The position numbers and the translations under genes are program-made. DNA of 61,475 nt, counting the filler, from Basidioascus undulatus (lineage: Eukaryota): NCBI GenBank assembly GCA_000826855.1. It is 10 parts of 10 records of this genome, joined end to end, with 100 filler letters (N's around TTAATTAATTAA, not from the genome) between each part and the next. Parts side by side here need not be neighbours in the genome. Positions count along the whole stretch, not along the records: positions 1 to 24,995 come from JTLS01000227.1; positions 25,096 to 29,055 come from JTLS01002273.1; positions 29,156 to 33,115 come from JTLS01002274.1; positions 33,216 to 37,173 come from JTLS01002275.1; 6 more parts are not named here. One strand, 5' to 3'. Under the pieces are notes generated by a model. It searched no databases and was not told where the DNA came from. It saw only the letters and a program-made list of their open reading frames with translations. Shown piece by piece: positions 23,796 through 36,282 of the stretch; position 1 is the stretch's first letter; each line of letters begins with the position of its first letter.

Positions 23796-24995
23796 CTGCA
23801 GGGGAGCGCGAGAGAGGGAAGATGCACGGCTGCTGTTCAAAGTGGCCGGGGCACCTCTGGAGATTGTGAGGGGGAAAGGAAGAGGACACATTCATTAGTT
23901 TTTACGTCCTGCTCCGACTGACTTCCACCGTGATGCGAAGCAACTGTGGAAGGCAGCGTCACAGCGACACGGAAAGGTTCGTGAACTCTTGGCTGCCGAC
24001 AGTTTCTGCCTTTCAATTCTGTGTTGCCCCACATACATCTAGGCACCTGATCGAACAGGAACTGTGCTAAATGTTCGAAATATACGCACAAGGACCAGGA
24101 GGGCGCCGCACGAGCTTCGGATCGCGACGGCGAATTGGCGAATACGGCGGAGTCTCTCCGGTCCGAACTCCGATTGGGAGTCGGAATTTGGACACAACCC
24201 GAGGACCCACTTTTCGAATTGAAATGAAACGGTTGAGATATCGAAGACGATCTGCTGGCAACAACAAGAACTGGGATGGAGTGGTGCAGGCAAACCTCCA
24301 TGAAAGTTCGGCCGTGCGCCCTGCAACAGAGATGAAATGTCCGCCGCGACAAGAACAAGTTGGTTTAGTGACAAATTCTCGTGCGGCTTGCTGGAACGGA
24401 GCTCCTGTGCAGACCGCAGAATTGTGTTCTGTTGTGAAGTCCAACTGTCACCGCCAGTAATTCTATTATACGGAGATGTGTCGTATACGCATTCCTGTCT
24501 ATTCTGCCCTTGGAATCTTGCAGAGCTGTAGGCTATACAAGAGCGCATCTGACAACTTGCCTTCCCACGCTCGTAGGTAAACAATATCTAACACGCTGGA
24601 CAGCGAACGGCAGGGGTATCAATCAAGTAACAATTCACATATTGTTAAGTAGTGTAGCAAATCGAAGTTGGTTGTGGAAAATGAGGGGGTATGGAAGTGC
24701 GGAGCACTGCGCCAGCTTAACGCTTCTCACTGCCAATGCCTAGAGCTTCTTCGGCATGGTAGTGCGCTAGGTGGTGGTCTGGGCGTGTCACAATGCGGTT
24801 GGGGTAAGCGACAGCTCAGGCAACAGAACTGCCCGAAGCGCAGCATCAACCGCACCTTCTTCTCCTGCTCCTTCTTCTCGTCCTTCTTGTCCTCGTGCTT
24901 GTCCTCGTACCGTTCCTTCTTCTCCTCCTCCTTCTTCTTCTCGTCCTTCTTCCTCACGTCCTTCTTCTTCTCGTCCTCCTTCCTTATCTCAATAT

Positions 24996-25095
24996 NNNNN
25001 NNNNNNNNNNNNNNNNNNNNNNNNNNNNNNNNNNNNNNNTTAATTAATTAANNNNNNNNNNNNNNNNNNNNNNNNNNNNNNNNNNNNNNNNNNNN
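24996..25095. other. Artificial contig linker N44-TTAATTAATTAA-N44. Also at 29056-29155, 33116-33215, 37174-37273, 41232-41331, 45286-45385, 49339-49438, 53389-53488, 57438-57537
   Basis: Identical 100-nt spacer carrying stop codons in all six frames, repeated nine times. Confidence 0.97.
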
Positions 25096-25649
25096 CTCCT
25101 CCGCTCCTCCTCCGCCCCCAGCCCGCCCAAAAAGCCAGGGACCCGAAAAGCCAGTGGAAAGCCCGACTTACCGTTCAGCGCGATATTGACCATCCGCTCA
25201 TGGGCCTCCGCCTTGTCCGTGGTGGGGAAGTGCAGCAGCGGCGCGCGCTCGCCTGCTGCAATGCCATGCAGCCGGTTGAGGACGTCCGAAGGATAGGATG
25301 ACTCAAGGAGCGCGTCGACCTCCTCGTAACGGTCCAGGAGCGCATTTTGGCGGCCGTAGAAGGCGCGGAGCTGGTCCGCGTACCCCATCCGCCATGTCCT
25401 TGTCAATTGCGTTGCGAAAGAATAATAAGGGAAGGCAGGCGTGGGGGTGGGTTGGGGAAGGGGGGGAGAAAACCCACGCACCTCCCGATTCCTAATCCGC
25501 CCCAGCTCTTCCTCGCTCTTCCGGGCATACTCGTACTCCCGCGCAGAGGGTATAACCATTCGGTGCACCTCCGACAGGTGGTGGTAGTGTCTACGTCGGT
25601 CGCCCCCCGGGCCGGGCGAGGTCGTGCGCCCGCGGAAGACCTCGTTCAT
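25096..25649 (-). CDS. Cation diffusion facilitator (Mn-CDF/MTP-like) transporter, 5' exons only
   Basis: RKSEEELGRIRNRE-LRAFYGRQNALLDRYEEVD...ERMVNIALN matches the N-terminal pattern before TM1 of fungal and plant MTPs. Truncated by a gap. Confidence 0.7.
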
Positions 25650-26860
25650 GTTCTCTCGCTCTCTTGCCTGTCTGGTCTGGTCTGGTCGGGGCTGGATGGG
25701 AAGGCAGGGTGGTGGGATGGGAGGTGTGGGGAGGTTAGGAAGACATGGGGGTGGGTGAGAGGATGTTGTGGGTGGATGAAAGAGGAACAAGGTAGATCAG
25801 CCGCGGGCTAGCGCGATTTCAAAAGTTGGGGTTCGGCGGCAGGGGAAGAGGCACGTGCAAATGATGATGTACGGCCGAAGAGGTGCAAGGGACTGAGGAG
25901 GTCCCGCGAGGCGTGCGAGGCCTGGAGGTGTAACAAGCTTCGGTGGGATTGTTGAGGGAGAAGAATGTTTCTGGGATGCTGGGATGGAGGTGCGACAGGG
26001 AGGAGGAGGAGGAAGTGAAGCTGCAGCGTGCGGCGGGGCGACGGTGGGAGCGGAAGCTTCATGTTCATGGCAGCGATGGGTTTTGAGAAACTGTGTGAGG
26101 AGGGTAGGGTGGCGGACGCTGTTGGGGGTGGACCTGCTTTACTTTCAGCTTGGATGGCCTTGATCAGCCAGCCGTAAGCGAAAGTGTGGAGGGCGAAGGA
26201 GACGGCGGGGGTTGCGTTGCCAGTCCGTCCGGGGGCAGCCTGTTCAAGCATCACAGCACCTTGGAGCAACTCTAGTTCTTCATCCAACACCTCTAGGGAA
26301 ATATCCCCGAATACAGAATATTCCCCGAGCTTGCAGGCTCGCGAGTCCAGCCCATGGAAACGCTCAGGCTGCAGGCAGCAGCATAGTGAGCTGCCGCTTT
26401 GAGTGAGTACAGTCCGTACATCTCTTCATTCCAATGCATTCATTCGACAGGAAGCCGCCTCGAGATATGCAGCGCAGTGCAAACCCGCTCCTGTGCAACA
26501 TTTGCCTGACTGCGAGGGAAACTGCGAAACTGCCCGCATCCATGCAGCAACGGTCGCCCCGACTGTCTCCGTGCGTTATAAAAGTGCATCAGTCGTCCCC
26601 TAGTACGGCGCCCCAGTCGGGTTGGAATGTCGGCGAACCAGGTTCAAGCAGCGTCGTTTCGTAAGTTGGACCCAAGAGTGCACGCTTTCACCATTCCCCT
26701 CGCTTCCCTGCCCACACCCGATCCCCCCATCCGAACCGCCAAAACCATACGCACGGCCAAGCTTCAGGTATCTCCCAACTCCCAGCCCCGATAAATACCC
26801 ACTCTCCACACTCCCAGGGTATTGCCCTCTCCCCCTCTCTCACCCTCCGCCCCCGGCCGC

Positions 26861-27415
26861 TTAGTCCTCAAGCAGCACCACCTGCACCCCATCGTCCCTG
26901 GGCGAAAGCAGCAGCTCCGCATCGAACGCGACCTGCCCCATCCCCCATCCCCCACACCACCCACTCTATCAGCTATCTCCCCTCTTCCCTCTCCCCCTTC
27001 CCCTCTCCCTCGGCACCAACGCACCTTCTTCTGTCGCTTCGCCGCCTTGAGCGTCCCATTCAGCGCCTCCACTGTCCAACCCCATCGTCTCAGCATACAC
27101 CTTGAACAGTTGAAGGTAGGGAGGAAGAAGGGGAAGGTGGGAAGGTGGGAAGGTGGGAGGAATAGAGGGGGAGGGAGGGGACGGACAAGTGTTGCTCGTC
27201 AGATCGTCCCGCAGGAGAAGACCGTATGCGACGCTCCATTGCCCTTGGGAGTTTTGGGTGCCGAGGCGCTTGATGGTGTCCTGCTCCGTCTCCCCTGCCT
27301 GATCAGTCTCTCCCGTGCCCAGCAAGCGACAGTATGGGGACGGTGCGTGAGGAGAGAGGGTAGGAGACGGCCGGACTTTGAGGAACTGGATCTCGGACTC
27401 GGTGTTGAGGACCAT
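26861..27415 (-). CDS. Costars-domain protein (ABRACL-like)
   Basis: Spliced product MVLNTESEIQFLK-IKRLGTQNSQGQWSVAYGLLLRDDLTSNT-EALNGTLKAAKRQKKV-FDAELLLSPRDDGVQVVLLED*. Confidence 0.9.
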
Positions 27416-28079
27416 TGTGACGCGTGGGGGTGTTCTGTGGCGTGAATGTGGCTGGTGCTTGTGTAAGAGAGAAAGAGGAGGAAAGTGAGATGAGAGGGAG
27501 AGCAGGAGAGCGGACAGCGAGCTGGGACTGGACGTCAATCGCGACGCGCCCGGTGCGCGCGGGCCGTTTCCCTTACCGCGAGGCTCGTCGAGCTTGCTTG
27601 CCCTCGTCGCTGTCTGTTCTTCTCGCTCGCCGCTCGCCGAAGGGCGCACTAAGCACGTCGCGCACACAGACGCAACGAATAGCGCTTGGGAGTCGTTGCC
27701 GTGGCTGATACCACCGCGCTCCGAGCTCAGAGGCGGATCGCAGGGAGCCACGAAGGTCCGGTACGCCCACTCGCTCGCGGTTTGCTCGCAGGTCCCGGAG
27801 GAGGCACGGTGAAGGCTGAAGTGGGCTGGGGGAAAGCAGACACAGGCATTTAGATAACCCCTCGGAGGTCGACATACCCGCATACCCCTGTGCATCGCAC
27901 CAAGCGAGCAGCGCCCTGTCGGACGCCAGCCCGATCCCTTCTCCCTTCGCCCTTCGCCCTTCGCTTTCTCTTGGGCGCTCGAAGAAGCGCGTAGTCAAGG
28001 GTGAGTGTTGATCTTTCTCGAACGCGACTTTCATCAGTGGGAAAGGGCGAAGTGGAAGCTGTAGTATCTGGCGTTGGGA

Positions 28080-29055
28080 TTGAGAGCTGCACCGTTGAGG
28101 AATGCTGAGTTGGTGTCCAGCTGGTGGATGTGCCAGTCGTGGCAGGCAGCGAGGGCGAGGAGGATGCGGAGCGAGGAGAAACAGAGGACAGGTGAGAATG
28201 TCTCCTTGAAGTCGAGGCTGGGAACTTGAGCGAAGCCACGGATGACGAGGCGCGCTCCTGTGTTTGACGATATTGCCCTGAGCGTCATGCTTGAGGGCAA
28301 AGACCCACTTAGGTGTGAGGACCTTGCGGTTCCAAGGCATGGTCGCGCGGAGGACAAGCTCGTATGTTTGCATGTGCACCAGCAAGTCCATCTCAGCCTG
28401 ACAGGCAGCCCCCCATTCGCGAGCAGCCGGGCCAGAGAGAGCTGCGTGCAGTGTGGCCGGGGCCCAGCTGGGAAGCGTGTAGAGGTTGAGATCAGAGGAG
28501 CAGGCAGTGGCAGAGAGACCCTGGTGTGAAATGTCGGCAGGAGTGTCCTCGTCATCTGAGATGATGTCTAGTGGGTCGTCAGACGAGTCTGAGTCGGTCT
28601 GCGCTTCCCCCTCTCACTCAGGTGCCCCCACTGGCTCCGGCTCCTCTGAGTGAGAGCTGGCAGAGGCATCAGGCGTATGTGGTTAAAGAGGAGGTCCATA
28701 GGGTGACAACAGTGCTGATGAGGAGGACGAGGATGAGGGAGAGTGTGAAGCGGAGGACAAGATTGATGACGAGGATGAGGATGAGATTGGCGGAGAGGTG
28801 GTGCTTTTGGCGGAAGAGATTGGTGTGACATCATCAGAAGCGGGGAAGGAAGACACTGGAGCTGGAAATATGGAAGGGACCAGAGGGCTGTTTGTCACCA
28901 TCCTCATGCATGGGCATGCCGTCCTCGAAGAAGGAGACGTCGCAGGAGAGGGAGATACAGCAGGCGATAGGGTCATAGATATCGATATGCACACTTCTTC
29001 TCTTCATTCAATTCTTTCTTGTTTGACACTTAACACACTTAGCCTTGACTCCGCC
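28080..29055 (-). mobile_element. Degenerate Ty1/copia retrotransposon pol fragment (start of RVT_2)
   Basis: KWVFALKHDAQGNIVKH, frameshift, ARLVIRGFAQVPSLDFKETFSPV...WHIHQLDTNSAFLNG. Homology ends abruptly after AFLNG. Confidence 0.9.
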
Positions 29056-29559
29056 NNNNNNNNNNNNNNNNNNNNNNNNNNNNNNNNNNNNNNNNNNNNT
29101 TAATTAATTAANNNNNNNNNNNNNNNNNNNNNNNNNNNNNNNNNNNNNNNNNNNNATTGATGATAGGCCGGACGTGATTCGGTGGACTGTGTTCGAGACC
29201 TGCCGACCCCAAACATGTTTCGGTTTTCAGGCGAAAGTGTCAACAGGGACTCGCATATATGTCGTGAGAGCAGAATTTGGGCATCTTCGTGTCACAGCCA
29301 AAGGGCCACGCGAAGCTCTCCTCCGTTTCCTGCACGATCCCCTCCTTGTCCCTCGAAATCCGACCCACGGTTTTTGTCGTGAAGCGCACAGCGGGGCCAT
29401 GCAGCTCCCAGACTTCTTAAAGCGACGGACACACCGAGGCGAACACCTCGGCCGGGATCAGCGCACGATGCTCTGGATGCGTGTGCCAGCGAAGCTTCTA
29501 TTTCCAAGCCTTCGAAGTTAATTCACCCAAGTGTCGCCAGCGGTCTCTGTGGCAACCTG

Positions 29560-30127
29560 AAGCGCGAGCCGGCAGGTGGTCCAAAGCATCGAAGGTGTTC
29601 AACAGGTCCCCCTCATTAACGCCATGTTCTCATGGATCTAGAATAACTGGATCACCCTCCGAATGGCCCTTGGCCTCAGGGGCCTCCTCGCAGACCCGTC
29701 GAATAGCAGGCAGGCGCTCCGCCTCGAGCTCCGGCCCATCAGCTTCGATGCGCCTCGCTTCAAGTTGCTCGAATACGAGGTCCTCTCAATTGAAGAGGCA
29801 GACAGGTATCTGAGGCAAGTAGGGCATGAGACCGTGTTTCAGGACTTGGAAGACTTCCGGCGTAAGTAGGCTTCGGCTCAACTTCCTCATGCACCCATCA
29901 TCCTCAACAAACCCTCATCTGCCCCAGAAGCGGGAACTAAGGGATTGTCGGTGCACATGGCTCTGCTTATCTTGGAGCTTGGCCCATCACTTACGGCTTT
30001 CCCGTGGCGGCACCGATCGAAGTGGCCTGGAGAAAGTTACCACTGGACTTGCTGCAGGGCAGGGACTCGTGGTGGGACTGGTTCAAGGCTGCACAGAAAT
30101 GAGGAGGCTGGGTACCCTGCAAACCTA
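29560..30127 (+). pseudogene. Decayed paralog of the downstream MYND gene
   Basis: ALGLR..DPSNSRQALRLELRPISFDAPRFKLLEY aligns by eye with ALGLRENSSNSLRCGLRIELRSVSL..PNFELLQY at ~30950-31055. Confidence 0.5.
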
Positions 30128-30603
30128 GTGGGCCATATATGATTCCTGAATCCTGTAAAAGCATGCGGCAGTCTTAATTTCAACGCTGTTTACGCCTCGT
30201 CGGCTAGGTTTGTTCTATCGATCTCCAGCTCACCCTACTCTGACTCCGCGACTCGTCGCAGGCAGTGTTGTTGTTGCTGAGTGTTAAATGAAATATCAAT
30301 CTGGACACGGCTGCTGATTCCTTGAGCGTTGTGAGAATGGACCCTCACGTGCTCCCCTTGCTGGGCCAGGCTGGTGTGACTGTGTCGTATTGTTGCTGAT
30401 GTGTGGGCATGAGGAACCCTCAGGCTGTCATGAATCTCCTAAATCTTGTCATAGCGACATCCCGGAGTACGAGCTGTGTTTCCGCAGATCACCGTTCATC
30501 GTTCTTGCTGTTCGCCGCCGCGGGCGCTGCTCTTGCCTCTGCTCCACCACCATCAGCAGCTCGTTTGCTCCAGAATCATCCACCGCCAGCTCTTCTTCTA
30601 GCA

Positions 30604-31369
30604 ATGTCCAACAGCGCGCAGTTCGCAAAACCGTCTCTTTCTGGCGGTTTCCGTTACTATTGCTGGAAGCGCCCGGAGGCGGACGGTGCGAAGCATCGAA
30701 GGTGTGGGAGGTGCTTGGAGGGTGAGTCCGGTCTTTCACTGACTCGGTGGTGTGGGAACGCTCACCTTTTACCCCCGCAGTCTCGTATTGCTCGGAGCAG
30801 TGCCAGAGGGCAGACTGGCCGTCGCACAAGCCCAGCTTCACGCACAACGCCGCTTTTCGGCAGACCCACGCCGAGCAGGTCCTCCTCATCAACGCAGTCT
30901 ATGGCTGGAACGGCCAGCACACGCTCGCTCTCCGTATAGCGCTCGGCCTCGCTCTGGGCCTCCGGGAAAACTCGTCTAACTCCTTGAGATGCGGCCTCCG
31001 AATAGAGCTTCGTTCCGTCAGCTTGGAACCCCCAACTTCGAGCTTCTGCAATACCACATCGCCGAGATGGAAGGATTGGAAAAGGCGGAACTGGAGCGCT
31101 CTCGGCAGAAGAATGCGACAGCTGCGCTTCGTCCCCCCTTCCTCTTCGACCGAGGCTGCGCTGACGCTGCGGAAAAAAAAACTGAGTGGTGATGTTTGAG
31201 GGGCACACGGAGGACCTGGCTGGAGGCTGGGGGGATGATGTTCGGCGTTCCCCTGCAGACACTGAGCGAAGAGGCCTGGAAGGAGCTGCCGCCGCAGTTA
31301 CCCAGCCCAGGCTTGGATGGGACGTGGTGGGATTGCTCAAGTTTGCACCACAGCGGGAATATGGATAGT
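30604..31369 (+). pseudogene. MYND zinc-finger gene, degenerate
   Basis: YYC...RRCGRCLE, intron, VSYCSEQCQRADWPSHKPSF. First and last Cys ligands are substituted, and there is a frameshift near 31030. Confidence 0.7.
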
Positions 31370-32446
31370 TGCCCATATTTAGGGTGGATTTACATTATAC
31401 AAAAAGAACATGGCCGCTTGTGTTAGCTATGTCTGTTGCTCACAAACGTCAATTTTGCATTCAGCCGTCTTCTCTTGTCTTGTCGGGGGTGGAGAGCGAC
31501 CTTGGGGCGTGGAGCTATTCAAAATTTCAGCTAAACACAAAAGTAATCGAGTTCTTCATTCTTCACGTCGTTGACGGGGTGCAATGAGCAACTCGGCGCC
31601 TTTGCAGGGATCGACAGCATCCCAGCTGAAAAAAGGAGCTCGCCATCACCCGCAGGCTTGAGGATTTGAAAATATTTGAAGTTCATGAATCCTGCAACTC
31701 AGGGCCAATAAAAATGAGAGAAGCCGGGCATCCAATTAGATCGGGGCCCGGCTCGCTCGCCGCTGAATCAATCCTTTCACGGTCCTTTTGCTACGTCGGA
31801 AAGCTACTGAACCAGGACGGAGTAGATCAAAAGCGGCTGAAGAAGAATTTTAACAGCCGTAGGTTACACATCTACACATATCGATCATCTCCCTCCCCAA
31901 GCCTCGTCGAGGGCCGTGAAAGCAGTCAGTGCACCGCGCCCGCAGCCGCACGCACGACAATAGGTTCATGCCGGTGTACAAATAGGAGTCGATATAAGTC
32001 CGCAATACATAATCGATCGAGGGTTATTCTCTTAAAAAATGCGAAAGGAAGCTCCGACCGTTCTCGGCGTTGTCCCAAACTGAGGCGTCACAGTCCCGAG
32101 CGTTAGCTACAGACACGCGCCTCATTAACACCGCACCTTGCGCGATGGTACGAGATGCGAAGCTGAATCATACGAGAACACAACAAAAAACCAAAATAGT
32201 CATGTGATGCAGAGGTGCGAGTGATACGAGTTTAAGACGGGGTATTATGCGGCGCGAAAGGTGGGGGGCGATGCGGGATTACAGTGCAAGATATGCGGAA
32301 GTGCGAAAGTGCGAAGCCTTGAACGAACGGAGCGTCCAAGATAAATGCGAGAGAAGGGCGAAGATGATCGTAAATCGTGAGATGTCGTAAAGATGCGAGT
32401 CATGACCGATAGAAAGAAAAGGAAAAGACAGCGAACGACGTCGACA

Positions 32447-33115
32447 CTACTCCTTCGACCTCCTCCCCGCGCTCGCGCCCACGAGAACCACCTCCCTCCG
32501 GCTCGGCGGGGCGGGCCACTCGGTGCTGATCAGACTGCTAGGGATACTCGCGACGCTGCCCGTCCCCGATCCCGACCCAGAGCCCGACGCAGAGCACGCG
32601 CTGCTCCCGCTGCGCGGCCGCCGCTCGTCCTCGACGCTGTCGCGCATCCACGGGCGGACGGGCACGGGCGGGAGGTCGAGCTCGAGCCCCTGAGGTTCGT
32701 GCGTTGGGGGAGAGGAGGGGGCGGGGAAGACGAAGACTGGTTCGGTGGTCGGGATGGCGGTGCGTGTGGGGGAGGGGTTGAGGGAGAGGGACGACCCGAC
32801 TGCGCGGGAGAGAAGGGAGAGGCGGGTCGAGTCTGTGAGGGAGAAGAGCGAGGCGCGGCGGCGCAGACGGCCGTGCGAGGACTGCGCGCGAAGGCGCTGC
32901 GGGTCGGAGTCCGCGTCGGGTTCCTCGGGCTCGGCGGCAGCGGTGGCAGAGCGGAGGGAGAAGAAGGAGCGCTTGGCACGCAGGAAGTTGCGCAGGCGGG
33001 AGGTGCCCTCCTTCCTGGGTCCGGCGGGGGCGGTGCTGAGTGTGGGGTCAGGGAGGAGGAGGCGGGGGTGATCGGTGCGAGGTTGGCGGATGCGCGACGG
33101 AGGGCGAGGATGAGC
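32447..33115 (-). CDS. 3' end of a Ser/Pro-rich hypothetical protein
   Basis: GC-rich open frame from the gap to a stop at 32447, followed by UTR-like sequence. No domain recognised. Confidence 0.4.
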   Translation of the reverse strand, partial: AHPRPPSRIRQPRTDHPRLLLPDPTLSTAPAGPRKEGTSRLRNFLRAKRSFFSLRSATAAAEPEEPDADSDPQRLRAQSSHGRLRRRASLFSLTDSTRLSLLSRAVGSSLSLNPSPTRTAIPTTEPVFVFPAPSSPPTHEPQGLELDLPPVPVRPWMRDSVEDERRPRSGSSACSASGSGSGSGTGSVASIPSSLISTEWPAPPSRREVVLVGASAGRRSKE

Positions 33116-35134
33116 NNNNNNNNNNNNNNNNNNNNNNNNNNNNNNNNNNNNNNNNNNNNTTAATTAATTAANNNNNNNNNNNNNNNNNNNNNNNNNNNNN
33201 NNNNNNNNNNNNNNNACGAATTCGCGTGAGACGTCGCGGTCATCTGGATGGTCGCTTCCTCCCTCTCCTCTTTCCTTCTTCCGCACCGCGTCGCCCTCCC
33301 AAAGCCGTCCTCATCACTATCTCACGGGCGCCCCCCCTCCCCCCTCGAGACTCCGTATCGCACTATGATCTTCTCTATACTTCCTTCTTTTCTTCCGGGC
33401 ATCGTGAGTTCTCTCGCTCGAGTGAAGAGAGGCAGCGCTGACGCTCTCCAACCCTCAACGCGCAGCTGTTCTTTCTCCCTCGCACCGCACATTATGCCGA
33501 CCCTTCATTAGCAAAGAACACATCCCAAGCACACGACCCCCTCACACACCCGCACGACCGCACACGAGCCGCGATGACACGCACGTTCTCCGTTCTCCTC
33601 CCTCTCTCCGTCCCGTTACATCTCCAGCACACACACACACATACCCCTGCACCCCTCCTATCGACGCCCAAGCGGGCGCGCGAGGGACGACGCGCTGCGT
33701 GTGCTGGCCAGACTGGACTCTGGCGCTCCCTTTGTCTCCCTCCTCTCCGCATCCGCGTTTCGATAGCAGGCTGCCCCTTTCTTCTCCCTCGCATCACAAC
33801 GCCCTCGCATATGCCTGAACATTGGTTCCCCCTCCGTTTCTCCTTCCCTTTCTCATTCCCTCCTCGCCCCCACATTCCTACGCACGCATCAACGACATCG
33901 CCATGACGAATGAGATGCGAACGACCACGATCTTCCCCTTCCTTCCCCACCTAGCTAGCTACTTAGCATCTGTTCTTCCCTCCCGTGTTGTGTCCTGCCC
34001 TGCCTGTCATGTCGTAGTCGTCTTGTTGATAGTCATACCTACTTAGCTAGCTCCTCGCTTTCTTACCTATCTTGTCCACCAGACTTTTTTGATCCTCTAC
34101 CGCCTCGATACCTGTTTTGGAAGAAATGTACCGCTTTGCATTTTGAAAGCGTTGTGCCCAAAGTCGTGTGTCAGTCCGCAGAAACAAGCCGAATGGGTGT
34201 TCGCCATGCTGAGCTTGTTCTGTTATTCTTTTAACTCGACGATACCGTGCCTGCCTCATACCCTTTCGGAAATGCACCTTTTGCAAAATGAGTGTGGATG
34301 CGAGCACAGCTCGTACGCGTGCAATCGAGTCAGTACGACGTGTGCAGAATTCAGCAGAACGGAAGTTCGCCCATGCTCAGGAACCGAACGACCTTTGAGA
34401 GTACCGGGGGAACGGAAAACACGGAGCGCGCAACAGAGGTGGGTTTGATCGTCCACGCCTTGGGGTGGGTGCCCCAGAAGAAACTCTCGCTCGAGTATAC
34501 GGACGGACACCTAACGTTGCAATGCACACCTTTTCGCAAACGGGGCAAGGGACCAAGCACTGTGGTACCGGATCAATTATCAGAAGGCCGATGGGGCGGA
34601 ATATGTGGAGCTGTAGACGCGTTGAAGCGGGCGACAGCCGAACGCGAAATGCGTTCGCCGGTGTACGCGGCTGTGCCCGTCGTACGAGACCATCGTACGA
34701 GGAGGCGAACTGGTCTTCATCAGATCCCATATTGCCACTGTGTTCGAAAGGTTTTTAGGTCTCCCCATTCATCTGCTGTTGAGGACGCAGCATCGTTGCG
34801 CAACTTGCTGTGAGCGTCTCGCTCCGCTGCAGCGCAGAACAAAAGGTAACTGACTCACTGACTTTTTTGTTCCCGCTCTCAGCTTCTTCGATCTCAGCCT
34901 CGCGTCACCATACTTTTTGAAACTCCTCAATCTCATATGTGGACCCGCACTCGGTCGTCGAGCGCGCGGGCGTCGGAGCAGGCGGAATACGCTGGGCTGG
35001 CGGGGGCTGGGATTGGAACGGCGCCGGAGTGGGGTGGAGATGCGAGCGCTGGTGAGTGAAAGGTTCTCTTTGGTAGCGGGACTTTTGGGGATAGGAGGGA
35101 TAGGTGTGTTAATCTCACCTAAAATGGGCGCGCA

Positions 35135-36282
35135 GGAGGAGCGTACTCAGGACCGGCCGCACCCTACCGGCGCCAGTCAACGCATTCTGCTGTGGGTGTG
35201 CAGCCTGCCCCGCCACCAGCTCCTGGAGCGTACCATCAGTTCCATCAGGCACACTCCTATATATTCACCTCTAAATTTCAACTCCTTCGCCAATGTGCTC
35301 ATACACATCCCTTGTCTCTTCAGCTGGCGAGGTTCGCCCCGCGCGAGCAGCAGCCCCACCGCAGCTCACACGCGTACGCGCCCGAAGAGGGGTACCACAG
35401 CCAGTCGCTTGTGCGTTTTTGCTCTCCCTCATATACTTGTAAAGTCTCTCGGCTAATCGCGAAGTCGATGGTAGCTCTACACCGCCCATGCTGAACATCT
35501 CAAACGCTACTATTCTCAGCAGCAGCAACCCCACACTCCACCCCCGCTCTCTTCTCCCACCGAGGACAGCTCTTACGAAGACCCCTCCAAATTCTACGCC
35601 CCCCCGCCGCCCAGTGATGTCCGCACGGGCGTGTACGACACTGAGCCTGTCGCAGCCGTAGCCACGCCGACCGTCGCGCTACCAAGCCAGTACGCCCACG
35701 GGCACGGCACGGGGGAGCCGCTCAAAAACACCCAAAAGAATAGTCTGGGCCCGGCCCCCAAGGAAGACGCTGAAGCCGAGATGGTCAAGTCGGAGAAGGG
35801 CGGCGGAAAGGCACCGGCACCGGCAGCTTCGAGCAGTCCTGCCGCTGCAAAGGAGGATGAGTCGGTGTTCTCCTACCATGTCTCGATGTCCACCGTGTTC
35901 TCACATATAACCTCACTTCTTTCAGGGAGGTCGAGCTCGAACGACACACCAAGCGAATCAGGAACGAGAAGGAGCGCCGGGACGCGCTGAAGAACAGCTA
36001 CAACGCGCTGCGTGCGGTCCTCCCGGGCGATGGGAGTCTGACTTTAAACAAGGCCCAGACGCTCTACAAGTGTATGTTTCTACCCATCCCACACCCCTTG
36101 GCTTGTCCGTTCGTTCTTGTCGCTAAAGTTGGGGCGGGTCGCGGGGCAGCGGTCGCGCACATCAAGGAGCTGCGGAGCGAGTCGGCGGCGCTGAAGCTCG
36201 AGCTGGAGGAGGTCCGTCAGGAGATGGAATATCGGAAGAGGTGCCTGACCTCTCCTGCTTCGGGTCTTTTCCAGGGACGCTG
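35135..36282 (+). CDS. bHLH-ZIP transcription factor (5' end uncertain)
   Basis: KRIRNEKERRDALKNSYNALRAVLP...LNKAQTLYKSVAHIKELRSESAALKLELEEVR across introns. Confidence 0.8.

Noticed and set aside
24727..24995. Lys/Glu-rich minus-strand ORF
   Set aside because: Low-complexity trinucleotide-like sequence at a contig end, with no domain evidence.
25040..25051. Regularly spaced TTAATTAATTAA repeats resembling an array
   Set aside because: Embedded in N runs. It is an artificial six-frame stop linker.
34292..34813. ICGAVD resembling the Harbinger transposase GAIDG motif
   Set aside because: No other DDE motifs or terminal inverted repeats were seen.
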